Shown: positions 18,348-28,136 of the stretch, piece after piece | Position numbering within the stretch: the first letter of the stretch is position 1 | Layout: the number at the start of each line of letters is the position of its first letter | Assembly (NCBI GenBank): GCA_045534265.1 | Contig: JAZSJH010000002.1 | Span: 24,473-88,472, forward strand | Direction of reading: 5' to 3' | DNA: 64,000 nucleotides | Source: Clostridia bacterium | GTDB taxonomy: Bacteria > Bacillota > Clostridia > Christensenellales > UBA1242 | The notes under the pieces: generated by a model | What the model was told of the DNA's origin: nothing | Seen by the model: only the letters and a program-made list of their open reading frames with translations | Databases searched by the model: none | Made by a program: the position numbers and the translations under genes

Positions 18348-19781
18348 ATGGATTATTCTTGTGCTATAGTAGGTGGCGGTATTGTAGGAACTTCTATTTT
18401 TTCATTGCTTGCAAGAAGCGGTGTAAAAGTTGCTTTGATAGAAAAAGGTGAAGATGTAGCTCTTGGTGCAACCAAAGCAAATAGTGGTATAATTCACGCA
18501 GGTTATGATTGTGCTGAAAATACTTTGAAGGCAAAACTAAACGTCCAAGGCAACAAAATGTACAATAGCGAAGCAAAGCGTCTTGGTGAAAAAATTATCA
18601 ACTGCGGCTCTGTTGTAGTTGCAGGAAGTGACGGGCTTGAAAAGTTAACAGACCTTTTTAGTCGTGGCAAAGCAAATGGCGTAACAGGTATGAAGATTTT
18701 GAAAAAATCAGCCGTACAAAAACTTATCCCAAATATTAGCGATAGCATAGAGTATGCACTATATGCAAAAACTGCCAAGATAATATCTCCATACAACTTT
18801 TGTATTGCATATTGCGAAGAAGGAATTATCAACGGCGGAAAGCTTTATCTAAATACTGAGATAAAAAGTTGCAAGAAAAAAGAAGGTTTTGAACTAGCCC
18901 TTACCAATGGCGAAAAAATCAAGTGTGATTTTGTTATTAACTGCGCAGGTGCAGGTGTTAACGAAGTGAGCAAAATTATCGGAGCAGAAGACTTGCCTGT
19001 TGTTTTGACCAAGGGTGAATATATGCTTCTTGACAAGGGCGAAAACTTAGCTCCAATGCCAATTTTCCCACTTCCAAGCAATAAAGGTAAAGGCATACTT
19101 GTAGTTCCTACTGTTTCTGGCAACACCGGACTTGGCCCAACAGCTATTGATATAGAAGAGTTTGAAACGGCAGTTACAAACGCAGGTATTCAAGAGATAA
19201 AAACAAAAACTACTCAAACACTAAACAATATTAATTTCCGCAAAGTAATCAAAATGTATGCGGGCGTGAGAGTAAAGGTCGGTGATGATTTTTATATCAA
19301 GTTTAGTGATAGCGTAGACAATTATTTATTTGTTGCGGGTATATGTTCTCCAGGACTTAGTGCAGCCCCTGCTATTGCCGAATACGTAAAAGATATGCTA
19401 GCTCAAAAAGGTCTTGTTTTTGTAAATAAAAAGACATTAAAGAGAAAACCATATACAAATACAAAAACTATGTGCAAGTTTGCTCTTAATAGATTAATCA
19501 AAAAAGATAGCAACTACGGCAGAGTAGTTTGTAGATGTGAAAACATAACTCAAGGCGAGATAAACGAAGTTTTATCAGGACCTATTCACCCACTTACAAC
19601 AGACGGAATAAAACGAAGACTTCGCACAACCATGGGTAGATGCCAAGGGTCTTTCTGTTATCCTGCGCTTCTTGACATTGTTGCGAAAAAATACAATATA
19701 GATAAAAAGAAAGTTAAATTCAAAGGCGAAACTTCTGTTGTAACTGGCGATATAAAGGAGGGCGGCATTTATGAACTATAA
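18348..19781 (+). CDS. FAD-dependent glycerol-3-phosphate dehydrogenase/oxidase-like subunit with a C-terminal BFD-like 2Fe-2S domain
   Basis: GGGIVG, ATKANSGIIHAG, SPGLSAAP and VCRCE...MGRCQGSFC. Divergent from glpK. Confidence 0.85.
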   Translation: MDYSCAIVGGGIVGTSIFSLLARSGVKVALIEKGEDVALGATKANSGIIHAGYDCAENTLKAKLNVQGNKMYNSEAKRLGEKIINCGSVVVAGSDGLEKLTDLFSRGKANGVTGMKILKKSAVQKLIPNISDSIEYALYAKTAKIISPYNFCIAYCEEGIINGGKLYLNTEIKSCKKKEGFELALTNGEKIKCDFVINCAGAGVNEVSKIIGAEDLPVVLTKGEYMLLDKGENLAPMPIFPLPSNKGKGILVVPTVSGNTGLGPTAIDIEEFETAVTNAGIQEIKTKTTQTLNNINFRKVIKMYAGVRVKVGDDFYIKFSDSVDNYLFVAGICSPGLSAAPAIAEYVKDMLAQKGLVFVNKKTLKRKPYTNTKTMCKFALNRLIKKDSNYGRVVCRCENITQGEINEVLSGPIHPLTTDGIKRRLRTTMGRCQGSFCYPALLDIVAKKYNIDKKKVKFKGETSVVTGDIKEGGIYEL

Positions 19782-21054
19782 TTATGACGTTGTAGTAGTC
19801 GGCGGCGGCTCTGCAGGTATGGCTGCAGCCCTTAAAGCAAGAGAGCAAACAACAAGTGTATTGCTTTTGGAGCGAAACGCAAGCCTTGGCGGAATATTAA
19901 ATCAATGCGTTCACAATGGTTTTGGTCTTACTTATTTCAAAAGCGAAATGACCGGACCGGAATATGCAAACGCCTTTGTTCAAAAAATCAAAGATAGCGA
20001 TATCTCTGTAATGCTAGAAACAACTGTTACTAAAATTAGAGATAGACATTTTCCAATCAACGTAATAAATAAACTCACAGACAAAAAACAATACTTACTA
20101 GAAGTAGTAAGCCCAATGGGCGCTTTCAAAATATCCGCAAAAGCAATAGTTCTTGCAATGGGTTGTAGAGAAAGACCAGCTGGAGCCATCAATCTATGTG
20201 GTACAAGACCAGCTGGAGTTTTGTCAGCGGGTTGCGCGCAAAAGATAGTTAATATCTATGGCAAAAAAGTCGGCGAGAGAGCTGTCATTATTGGCTCTGG
20301 AGATATTGGTCTTATTATGGCAAGACGTCTTACTTTTGAAGGAACAAAAGTCCTTGGCGTATATGAAGTTCAACCTTATCCATCTGGATTAAAAAGAAAT
20401 ATTGTTCAATGCCTAGATGATTACAATATCCCACTTCACCTTAGCAAAACCATTGTAGAAGTTGTGGGTAAAGACAGAGTAGAAGGAATATACGTAGCTC
20501 CTGTAAACCCTGACTTTAGTATGGATTTATCAAAGAAAGAATTTATACCTTGTGACACTGTTATATTGTCAGTAGGGCTTGTTCCAGAAAACACAATTGC
20601 AAGTGACTTTGGAATAGAACTTGATAATATCACAGGCGGAGCTATTGTTGATGAATATTTGCAAACAAACAAAGAAGGCATTTTTGCTTGTGGCAATGTA
20701 TTGCACGTTCACGATATCGTAGATAACGTAACTGTCGAAGCGGAAACTTGCGGAAGCAATGCTGGCAAATTTGTAAAAAATAGCTTAGAGAGAACGGAAA
20801 GCGTTGCCATCAAATGCGGCAACGGAATTAGATATACCGTACCTAAAACATTGTTTACCGGAAAAGGTGTTTGTTATATTAGATTTAGAGTAAGCAAAGT
20901 TTTTGAAAATACAAAACTTGTTGTAAAATGTGGCGAAGAGATAATTGTAACAAAAGACAAACCAATTATGCTCCCAGCCGAAATGGAAACTTTGGTTTTG
21001 GACAAATCAAAAGTAACTGGCGACATAACAATCGAAGTAAAGGAGGATAAATAA
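19771..21054 (+). CDS. FAD/NAD(P) pyridine nucleotide-disulfide oxidoreductase (partner of the G3P dehydrogenase)
   Basis: GGGSAGMAAA, GGILNQCVHNGFG, GSGDIG and GNVLHVHD. Overlaps the upstream gene. Confidence 0.85.
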   Translation: MNYNYDVVVVGGGSAGMAAALKAREQTTSVLLLERNASLGGILNQCVHNGFGLTYFKSEMTGPEYANAFVQKIKDSDISVMLETTVTKIRDRHFPINVINKLTDKKQYLLEVVSPMGAFKISAKAIVLAMGCRERPAGAINLCGTRPAGVLSAGCAQKIVNIYGKKVGERAVIIGSGDIGLIMARRLTFEGTKVLGVYEVQPYPSGLKRNIVQCLDDYNIPLHLSKTIVEVVGKDRVEGIYVAPVNPDFSMDLSKKEFIPCDTVILSVGLVPENTIASDFGIELDNITGGAIVDEYLQTNKEGIFACGNVLHVHDIVDNVTVEAETCGSNAGKFVKNSLERTESVAIKCGNGIRYTVPKTLFTGKGVCYIRFRVSKVFENTKLVVKCGEEIIVTKDKPIMLPAEMETLVLDKSKVTGDITIEVKEDK

Positions 21055-21055
21055 T

Positions 21056-21397
21056 ATGAAAGTAATATGTATTATGTGTCCCCGTGGTTGTGAGCTAGAT
21101 GTAACCAAAGGCAGAAAAATTACTGTTACAGGTAATGCTTGCCCAAGAGGTGTTATCTATGGCGAGAGAGAAGTAACAAAACCAGAACGTATGGTAACCA
21201 CAATCAAAAAGTTTGAAGACAAAACTATTTCTCTTAAATCATCAAAACCCGTACCAAAAGAAAAAGTCTTTGCTGTTTTGCAAGAGATAAAAACCGCCCG
21301 CCTACCTAAAAATGTGGAAATAGGTGGCACCCTTATCAAAAACGTATGTGATACAGATGTAGATATAGTAATCACTAATATAAACAAAAAAGTATAG
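21056..21397 (+). CDS. DUF1667-family CxxC protein (third gene of the clostridial G3P dehydrogenase trio)
   Basis: ICIMCPRGC...GNACPRG. Confidence 0.82.
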   Translation: MKVICIMCPRGCELDVTKGRKITVTGNACPRGVIYGEREVTKPERMVTTIKKFEDKTISLKSSKPVPKEKVFAVLQEIKTARLPKNVEIGGTLIKNVCDTDVDIVITNINKKV

Positions 21398-21469
21398 AAT
21401 TTAGTTTAATACAAAACAAAAAAACCTTATCATACAAGATAAGGTTTTTTATATTTTTTGTTAACAATA

Positions 21470-23017
21470 TCATTTTATTTCTATAGTAGCACTAGAAGTT
21501 CCTTGATTAAATTTATATGGAGTTCTGTCTTGTCCGTCTATTGAATTATCACAAGATTCAATTACTGTATTTATAGGAGAAACTATAGTTACAAATTCTG
21601 TAGCATATCGTAACTCTATATGGTTGTTCTTGATAAAGAATTTTGCGTTTGTTGTAGTTTCTGTGAAATTATAATAAACACCTTCGCCATTATTAACAAT
21701 ATAAATATCACCACTTATGCTCTTAAATGAAGGAGATACCAAATCAGTAAAATTATTTTTTATAACAAGATTGTTAACATTTTCAAAAACAATATTTGTT
21801 GCATTATATATGTTATTATTTTCATAAACAAGGTTGTTGATGTCGCTTACTGTGTAAGCGGTAGAATCCATTGGGTCACCATAAGAACCTAAGGCGCAAT
21901 TTTTTATAAGTAGGTTGTCGATTATTGTATCAAACGCTGTGAATTGGAATATATTATATGCGATTGAACAGTTTATAAATTTAATGTTTGACATTAAAGT
22001 AAAGTCCGCTATAGATCCTTCGAAAGAAGCGTGGGGGGTAACATTAATAGTATTGTTGGCAAAGTTTAATCCTACAAAAGTTAAATTGTTAAATATAGAG
22101 CTCCTATCGTTACTTAATACTTCCAATGTAAGACTATCGATAAGTGTGGTTGAGTTGTTTGGTTGACACAATACAACATTTTCTAGTTCGCAAGAAAAGG
22201 TTATATTATATTGATTTTCTCCTTCAAGAAAAATTACTTTATTTGAAACTTTTTCTGAAGAGCCGGAATAAGTATTCCCATCAGCTACTATATACTCACT
22301 TTCATCCATTGTTTCTGTTGTGTAAGAGTGAGCACAAAGGTCGCAAGTTGGACAAATTTGAGTTTTTGTTGCGGTTAATGTTGTTTCGTCATATTCATAG
22401 TCATATTCGTATGCAAAGTCTGTTGGTGGATCCATTTCTGAATACATGTCTATAGATACGCTATCTTCAAAGCTTACATTACCAAACAAATTTTGGGTTG
22501 CTAGCATTCTAAGTTCTACATATAAAGTATTTCCTTTGTGAGCAACTAGATATTCTTCTGCATAAGCAAAATAGGTGACATCATCTGTAGAATAATACCA
22601 AGAGATGATTACGTCATCTATATCTTCAGTTGTGATGCTTGGTTTTATGATAAGGTCATTGTGATTTGAGTAAGGTGAGTTGTTTGTGATTTCAAAACGC
22701 AGTTTTGAGACTTGTTCGTCATTTTGCATTGTTATTGGATTTTTGAATGCAAGAGTGCTTGTCTCATTTTCAGTTTCGCCATTGAAAGTAGCTGTATCCA
22801 AAGTTTCATAAGAAGTCCCGCTACCAGCAACGTAAGAAGCACCTGTAATACTTGCATTAACATATCTTCCGCCGGTGATATTTACTTCAAAATCAGCATT
22901 ATATCTAAAGTAGTTGCGAGCGATAGCCCATACTGTAAAACCAGTGCTTGTCATAGCAACGATTATCGCCATACAAAAGATTATTACTTTCCATTTTGTT
23001 GATAATGATTTTTTCAT
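21470..23017 (-). CDS. N-terminally anchored surface protein with a probable beta-helix C-terminal domain
   Basis: N-terminal hydrophobic helix. Asn/Ile-rich repeats (FINCSI, IKNCAL, YENNNI, IKNNF, IKNNH). Confidence 0.6.
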   Translation of the reverse strand: MKKSLSTKWKVIIFCMAIIVAMTSTGFTVWAIARNYFRYNADFEVNITGGRYVNASITGASYVAGSGTSYETLDTATFNGETENETSTLAFKNPITMQNDEQVSKLRFEITNNSPYSNHNDLIIKPSITTEDIDDVIISWYYSTDDVTYFAYAEEYLVAHKGNTLYVELRMLATQNLFGNVSFEDSVSIDMYSEMDPPTDFAYEYDYEYDETTLTATKTQICPTCDLCAHSYTTETMDESEYIVADGNTYSGSSEKVSNKVIFLEGENQYNITFSCELENVVLCQPNNSTTLIDSLTLEVLSNDRSSIFNNLTFVGLNFANNTINVTPHASFEGSIADFTLMSNIKFINCSIAYNIFQFTAFDTIIDNLLIKNCALGSYGDPMDSTAYTVSDINNLVYENNNIYNATNIVFENVNNLVIKNNFTDLVSPSFKSISGDIYIVNNGEGVYYNFTETTTNAKFFIKNNHIELRYATEFVTIVSPINTVIESCDNSIDGQDRTPYKFNQGTSSATIEIK

Positions 23018-23172
23018 AACATAATTTTTCCTTTTGTAACTTATATTTTAATATTAGCAATTTATATCTACTTTTAGCAAATGATTTGTGTAAACAAAAA
23101 GCAAAATATAAAAAATGCTTTATATTTTTACAACAAAAAACTATACATTAAAGTATAGTTTCTTGATTTTTA

Positions 23173-24006
23173 TTATGATTCAGATCCGCCTGGGGCAGGC
23201 TCTGGCTCAGGAGTTGCATTTGGGTCTGTATATTCACTAAAATCAGGGGTTTCGCCGATATACATATCTGCACCATATGGCGGGATAAGTTTGATTGTTG
23301 ATGTAAATGTAGCAACAGTTGTACGTGTGCTATCTTCTAAGTTGTATTCTAGTACAAAATAAGAAATATATCCACCCTTATTTACACCAAACTCATAAGC
23401 GTAATATGTGATAAAAGTATTTTCTGGTCTTGTGATGATAGGGTTTGTAAATTCGTCATTAACGCTATCTTTTGTAAGAGTCATTTTGTAATAATGCTCT
23501 TCGTCATATTCTTTATGACCAGTTTGTTCAATGCTTTCTTCATATAGTGCTGGGAAAATAGTTAACAAAAGGTCTCTGTTTATGTTGTCTGTACGGAAAT
23601 ATTCTTTTATCTTTGTAGAAGTTCCAGTTACTGTAGATGTTGTAGCTGTTGCCTTTGTATCTTTATAGTAGATAGTAGAGATTGTTTGATAAGGCATACC
23701 ATTTACAGTGATGTTTTGGTCAACTTTGCAATAGTTGTCGTTACCTATTTTGCCAATGATATATGTGTAATCGGTTTTGGTTGTAGTTGCGCCAGATACG
23801 TGAGTAGAGCTACCTTCATATTTTGCCTTAAGCTGCAAGTTTCCTGCATAAGACGAGTTGTAAAAAGTTATAATCTCGGCTGTTGTTTTGTCACTCTCTC
23901 CGTAAGGTGTGTCTTCAAATGATTTTTCACCACAAGCCGCCGCCGCAAATGATATAAACATTACAATCGATAATGCTGCTAGTTTTTTTAGGATATTTTT
24001 TAACAT
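23173..24006 (-). CDS. Hypothetical lipoprotein
   Basis: Lipobox FAAAAC. Thr/Tyr-rich, with a PEPEP tail. Confidence 0.7.
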   Translation of the reverse strand: MLKNILKKLAALSIVMFISFAAAACGEKSFEDTPYGESDKTTAEIITFYNSSYAGNLQLKAKYEGSSTHVSGATTTKTDYTYIIGKIGNDNYCKVDQNITVNGMPYQTISTIYYKDTKATATTSTVTGTSTKIKEYFRTDNINRDLLLTIFPALYEESIEQTGHKEYDEEHYYKMTLTKDSVNDEFTNPIITRPENTFITYYAYEFGVNKGGYISYFVLEYNLEDSTRTTVATFTSTIKLIPPYGADMYIGETPDFSEYTDPNATPEPEPAPGGSES

Positions 24007-24072
24007 ATTTGCTCCTATTTATTATTTTATGTTTTTATTATAATGTTGATTTAGGATTAAAGTCAATCAAAA

Positions 24073-24396
24073 CTAAATACTTCTGCCGCTACTAAGTCTA
24101 AGTATTTTGTCGTAACTATCATCTTCTGCTATGATATTTTTCTTAGTTTGTCCACATTTTGTGCAAGTATATACAATTTGATAGCCTTTTTTGTTCTTTT
24201 CAAGACCGGTAGGTTTAAGCAAGCCCTTACATGTGCATTCTCTATCTCCAGGGTTTATGTCTACGTGTAGAGAGTATAAACAATGCGGGCAATGGTCTCG
24301 GGAAGTGTATTTTAGCGGAGTAACCATTTTTCCACAATTTTTACACTCAAAACCTTCGTCTAATTTTGTAAATTGTCGTGTGTTTTTATCTTCCAT
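24073..24396 (-). CDS. RNHCP-domain zinc-binding protein
   Basis: FECKNCG, SRDHCPHCLYSLHVD.NPGDR and CTKCG. Confidence 0.85.
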   Translation of the reverse strand: MEDKNTRQFTKLDEGFECKNCGKMVTPLKYTSRDHCPHCLYSLHVDINPGDRECTCKGLLKPTGLEKNKKGYQIVYTCTKCGQTKKNIIAEDDSYDKILRLSSGRSI

Positions 24397-24499
24397 AAAT
24401 ACATAATACCAAATTTGTCAAATAGTTGCAAAACAATTAAATAAAATTGACAAAAAAAAGCATAAATGATATATCTATAATATATAAAGGAAGTAGTGT

Positions 24500-27400
24500 A
24501 TGAAAAGATTTTTTATATCATTGATACTTTGTTTATCAATTGTTTTTAACTATAACTTCATATCTGCTATGGCATATACTTCATATGCAGCAGGAACTGT
24601 AACCGCACAGGGTTATGAAACGACATATAATATTTATAATGACTTTAAATATTTAGGGCATGTTCCTACAAGCAGCGATAGTGTGACTTTGGATATTGCT
24701 CTTTCTGACATGTCAAATCCATCATTGTCAGAAGTTCCATATTCAAGATTGTTTGCAAATGCAGGTGCTGGAGATATTACATTGCATTTTTGTGATAGTG
24801 CGGGTAACCCATACACAACAACAGAAAGTGATGGAACTTATACCGTTACAAGCGGAATAAGCGTTATTAGATCTTTTACTTATACAAATACTCGACTTAC
24901 TTTAGAAGTTGCGGGGAATGCCTCAGGTATTGTCAACCTATATTATTATGGTATGGTGACAGAAGGTGGAGAGACATATAAAACAAATGTTTCATCATAT
25001 GCTATTACATTTATCAACGAGGGTTTATATTATAAAAACGATTATGAAGGACAAGTAAAAATTCAATATTCTAGTCTTGCAGGATATACTTTTGATGAAA
25101 ATTTTGCAAAAAATTATATCTTAGGGTATTATCAAGGTGGAACTTTATATGATGCAGATAGTCTAAGCTATGGAGAACTTGTTGCCGAAGAAGGGTCTTT
25201 TGATATTAGTTTTGATGTGTCAACATGTATAGATAGAACACTATTTAATGAGCCACAAGAAATCCCTGTTTATTTGTTGATTGGACAAAGTCCAGAACAT
25301 ATGGGGGAAATAGTAGTTTTTATCGAAAAAGAGATTATAGTTCCAGACAATTTGCATGTATATATTGAAGATCAAACCGTTCCTTCTACAACTGAAAGTT
25401 CTAGATATGAAATTCTAATCAACGCTGGGCAAAATATAGAAGGGCATGTTATAACAACGCAATCTTATAGTAATATTGAGGTGGAGATTGCTGGAGATGA
25501 TAATTTTTCTGTTGTAGGAATAATAACTCCTGGAGCATCTGCTTCAGAGCCAGCGACAGCCTTTGATTTTATTATTAGGCAATCACGAATTAAAGTTGGA
25601 ACGTTTTATCTTACGCTAACATTTTATGACATTGGAACTGAATACCAGGAAACTGTGTATTTGAAAGTTGTTGCCACAACAACGCAAAGTCCGGTTATCT
25701 CGCTATATGAAACCGTTATTTCCTATAATAAAGGCGAGCTAAATGATATAGATGATATTTTTAGAAATAATATAAGAAGTATTACTTTATATGATGGAAC
25801 AGAAGCTAGCTCAGATGTTATTTTGGATGAAACAAAACTACAAATAGTTTATGACGATATTAATTTTAATGAAGCTGGAATATATGTTATTACTTATAAA
25901 TTTGTTGACGAAGCAACTTCTTTGACCGGAACTGCAGTTGCTACTTTAGAAATTGTTGACAGAGCTCCGGTTATACTAAGTGTAAGAGCAAGAGAAGTTG
26001 GGTCAGATCGTAATATTTCAAAAAATGCAGAAGTTCCAATGGGAACTCAAATTTATTTTACTGTTACAGCAGAAGATCCAGACGGAGATGCGGTGATATA
26101 CTCTGCAAGGTCTTCAAAAGGAAGTCTTATTCAAGACGAATTAAATGTAAATGTGTATACATTTACTCCAGATGTGAGATTATCTGGTCAAGTTGTATTT
26201 ATATTCAATGCAAGTGACGCGGTTTCTATTAGTGAAGATGAAACATACCCAATTATTTTCAAAGATGAAACTCCACCAACAATTACACTTGCAGACAAAG
26301 ATGATGACGATACAATAAACCTTTTGTATAACGAAGGAACAGGTAAATATACACTTCAAGTAAGAAGAGGAAAAACTGTTTGGTTTAGAAACCACTACTT
26401 AGAAGACGTATCTGATAACTCATCTACTTTGAGCTTAAATGATGTAACAATAACACCAGTTGGATTTGCTTTTAGTGGAGCAGAAAGATATTCTTTCAAC
26501 GGCGAAGGAAACTATTCTGTTATCTATGCTGTTAGCGACGAGTCAGGAAACGAAACTCAAGTTATTATGGAAATTTCGCTTCAAAACCAAGCACCAACAG
26601 CACAAAACAAATCATATGAGTTTACTTATACAGACGATATAGAAATCAACCTAGCAGGTCTTGCAACAGATGATGCTAGCGGCGTTGAATTTATCTTTGT
26701 AGGCAGCCTAACCGATAGCGAAGGGTTTCCGGTTATAATAAACAATCCATCATTTAATACAAATGGTCAAGTGTCATTCAACATTTTACCTGTATACAAC
26801 GAAACTCAAGAAAGAGATATTCCATTTATCGGTGTTTGTTATCTTAAATATAAAGCAATAGACAGTGATGGTGAGCTTAGCCCAGAATATACAATTACAA
26901 TTAATATTTCAGATAAGACAGCTCCTACAGCAACACTAGTTAATGAAAAAACTACAACATTTATTAGAGGCAGAGAGTATCCAGACTTTACAACTAGCGG
27001 ATATTTTACAGGTTTTGACGAAATAGATGGTGAACTAAACCCAATCTCTATCAAAATAACTCAAAATGGAGTAGAAAAACAAACAATTGATTTTACAACT
27101 CTTGGTGAATATCAAATAGCATATCTATTCAAAGACAGCTCAAATAACGAAACTTCAAGATCAGTTACTGTAAGCGTTGTATCTGGTGGAAATCCTGTTA
27201 TTGAAATGCTTGCTACAAGTGCAAAAATCCCAGTTGCAGGAACATTTAACATCTATGACTTTTTGTACAGAATACAAGATGACGAAGATGGAACAATCTT
27301 TAGTGGTTGGGCAGAACTTCGTGAACAAGGATTTTTGAATATTGATGATAGCTCAGTTGATACAAATACAGCCGGAACATATACAATCAAACTATACTTT

Positions 27401-27568
27401 GTAGATAGCGATGGCAACTCTTCTTCAGTTATTGAATTTACATTAACTGTTGAAGGAGAAAAGGAATTTCCAATGGAAATTATCTATTACGGAGCAGGAG
27501 CTCTAGGTTTGATTTTAGTGATAGTTATCATTAGAGTAATCGTAGTAAAACGCAGAATGAGAATATAA
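24500..27568 (+). CDS. Large cell-surface protein with tandem Ig-like domains and a C-terminal membrane anchor
   Basis: Signal peptide. Repeated D..P.I / GxYxIxY...D..GN modules. C-terminal TM followed by KRRMRI. Confidence 0.75.
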   Translation: MKRFFISLILCLSIVFNYNFISAMAYTSYAAGTVTAQGYETTYNIYNDFKYLGHVPTSSDSVTLDIALSDMSNPSLSEVPYSRLFANAGAGDITLHFCDSAGNPYTTTESDGTYTVTSGISVIRSFTYTNTRLTLEVAGNASGIVNLYYYGMVTEGGETYKTNVSSYAITFINEGLYYKNDYEGQVKIQYSSLAGYTFDENFAKNYILGYYQGGTLYDADSLSYGELVAEEGSFDISFDVSTCIDRTLFNEPQEIPVYLLIGQSPEHMGEIVVFIEKEIIVPDNLHVYIEDQTVPSTTESSRYEILINAGQNIEGHVITTQSYSNIEVEIAGDDNFSVVGIITPGASASEPATAFDFIIRQSRIKVGTFYLTLTFYDIGTEYQETVYLKVVATTTQSPVISLYETVISYNKGELNDIDDIFRNNIRSITLYDGTEASSDVILDETKLQIVYDDINFNEAGIYVITYKFVDEATSLTGTAVATLEIVDRAPVILSVRAREVGSDRNISKNAEVPMGTQIYFTVTAEDPDGDAVIYSARSSKGSLIQDELNVNVYTFTPDVRLSGQVVFIFNASDAVSISEDETYPIIFKDETPPTITLADKDDDDTINLLYNEGTGKYTLQVRRGKTVWFRNHYLEDVSDNSSTLSLNDVTITPVGFAFSGAERYSFNGEGNYSVIYAVSDESGNETQVIMEISLQNQAPTAQNKSYEFTYTDDIEINLAGLATDDASGVEFIFVGSLTDSEGFPVIINNPSFNTNGQVSFNILPVYNETQERDIPFIGVCYLKYKAIDSDGELSPEYTITINISDKTAPTATLVNEKTTTFIRGREYPDFTTSGYFTGFDEIDGELNPISIKITQNGVEKQTIDFTTLGEYQIAYLFKDSSNNETSRSVTVSVVSGGNPVIEMLATSAKIPVAGTFNIYDFLYRIQDDEDGTIFSGWAELREQGFLNIDDSSVDTNTAGTYTIKLYFVDSDGNSSSVIEFTLTVEGEKEFPMEIIYYGAGALGLILVIVIIRVIVVKRRMRI

Positions 27569-27586
27569 TAAGGAGAAAATAAAATT

Positions 27587-28009
27587 ATGATTTTAGACGA
27601 TATTAAAAAAGCAAACGTAACTGCTCTTAAAGAAAAAGACACAGTTGCAAGAAGTATATATAGCATAGTTATGACAAAAGCAATGCAACAAACAATCATA
27701 AAAAGAGAAAAAGGTGAAGAACTTGTAGACGCTGATATGGTTGCTATTTTGCAAAAAACAATCAAAGAATTAGGTGACGAAGCCGAAAACTACAAAAAAG
27801 CTGGTAACAGCGAAAAAGCAAGCGAAATCGAAAGACAAGCAAAAATTCTAGAAGGTTACCTTCCTCAAATGATGAGCGCAGAAGAAATTTATAATGTAAT
27901 CGCAGCACTTGATGACAAGAGTATCCCTTCTGTTATGAAACATTTCAAAGCAAATTATGCTGGAAAATGCGAAATGAAACTTGTTCAAGAAACACTTAAA
28001 AAATTCTAA
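27587..28009 (+). CDS. GatB/YqeY domain protein
   Basis: ALKEKD...ILQKTIKE...ILEGYLPQMMSAEEI. Confidence 0.88.
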   Translation: MILDDIKKANVTALKEKDTVARSIYSIVMTKAMQQTIIKREKGEELVDADMVAILQKTIKELGDEAENYKKAGNSEKASEIERQAKILEGYLPQMMSAEEIYNVIAALDDKSIPSVMKHFKANYAGKCEMKLVQETLKKF

Positions 28010-28011
28010 TA

Positions 28012-28042
28012 AAAAAGGCAGCAAAAATTTTGCTGTCTTTTT
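28012..28042 (+). terminator. Intrinsic terminator
   Basis: AAAAAGGCAGCAAAA-ATTTTGCTGTCTTTTT. Confidence 0.7.
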
Positions 28043-28136
28043 TATCTTTACGGTATTATAAAGATTTTTTATTTGTTATTTTTTTATTAGATGCTATAAT
28101 GTATATATATAATTTAGTAATAATATAGGTGTAATT

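Noticed and set aside
22328-22356. CPTCDLCAH as a c-type heme-binding motif
   Set aside because: The spacing is CxxCxH rather than CxxCH, and there are no cytochrome c maturation genes nearby. It is more likely a small Zn or disulfide motif.
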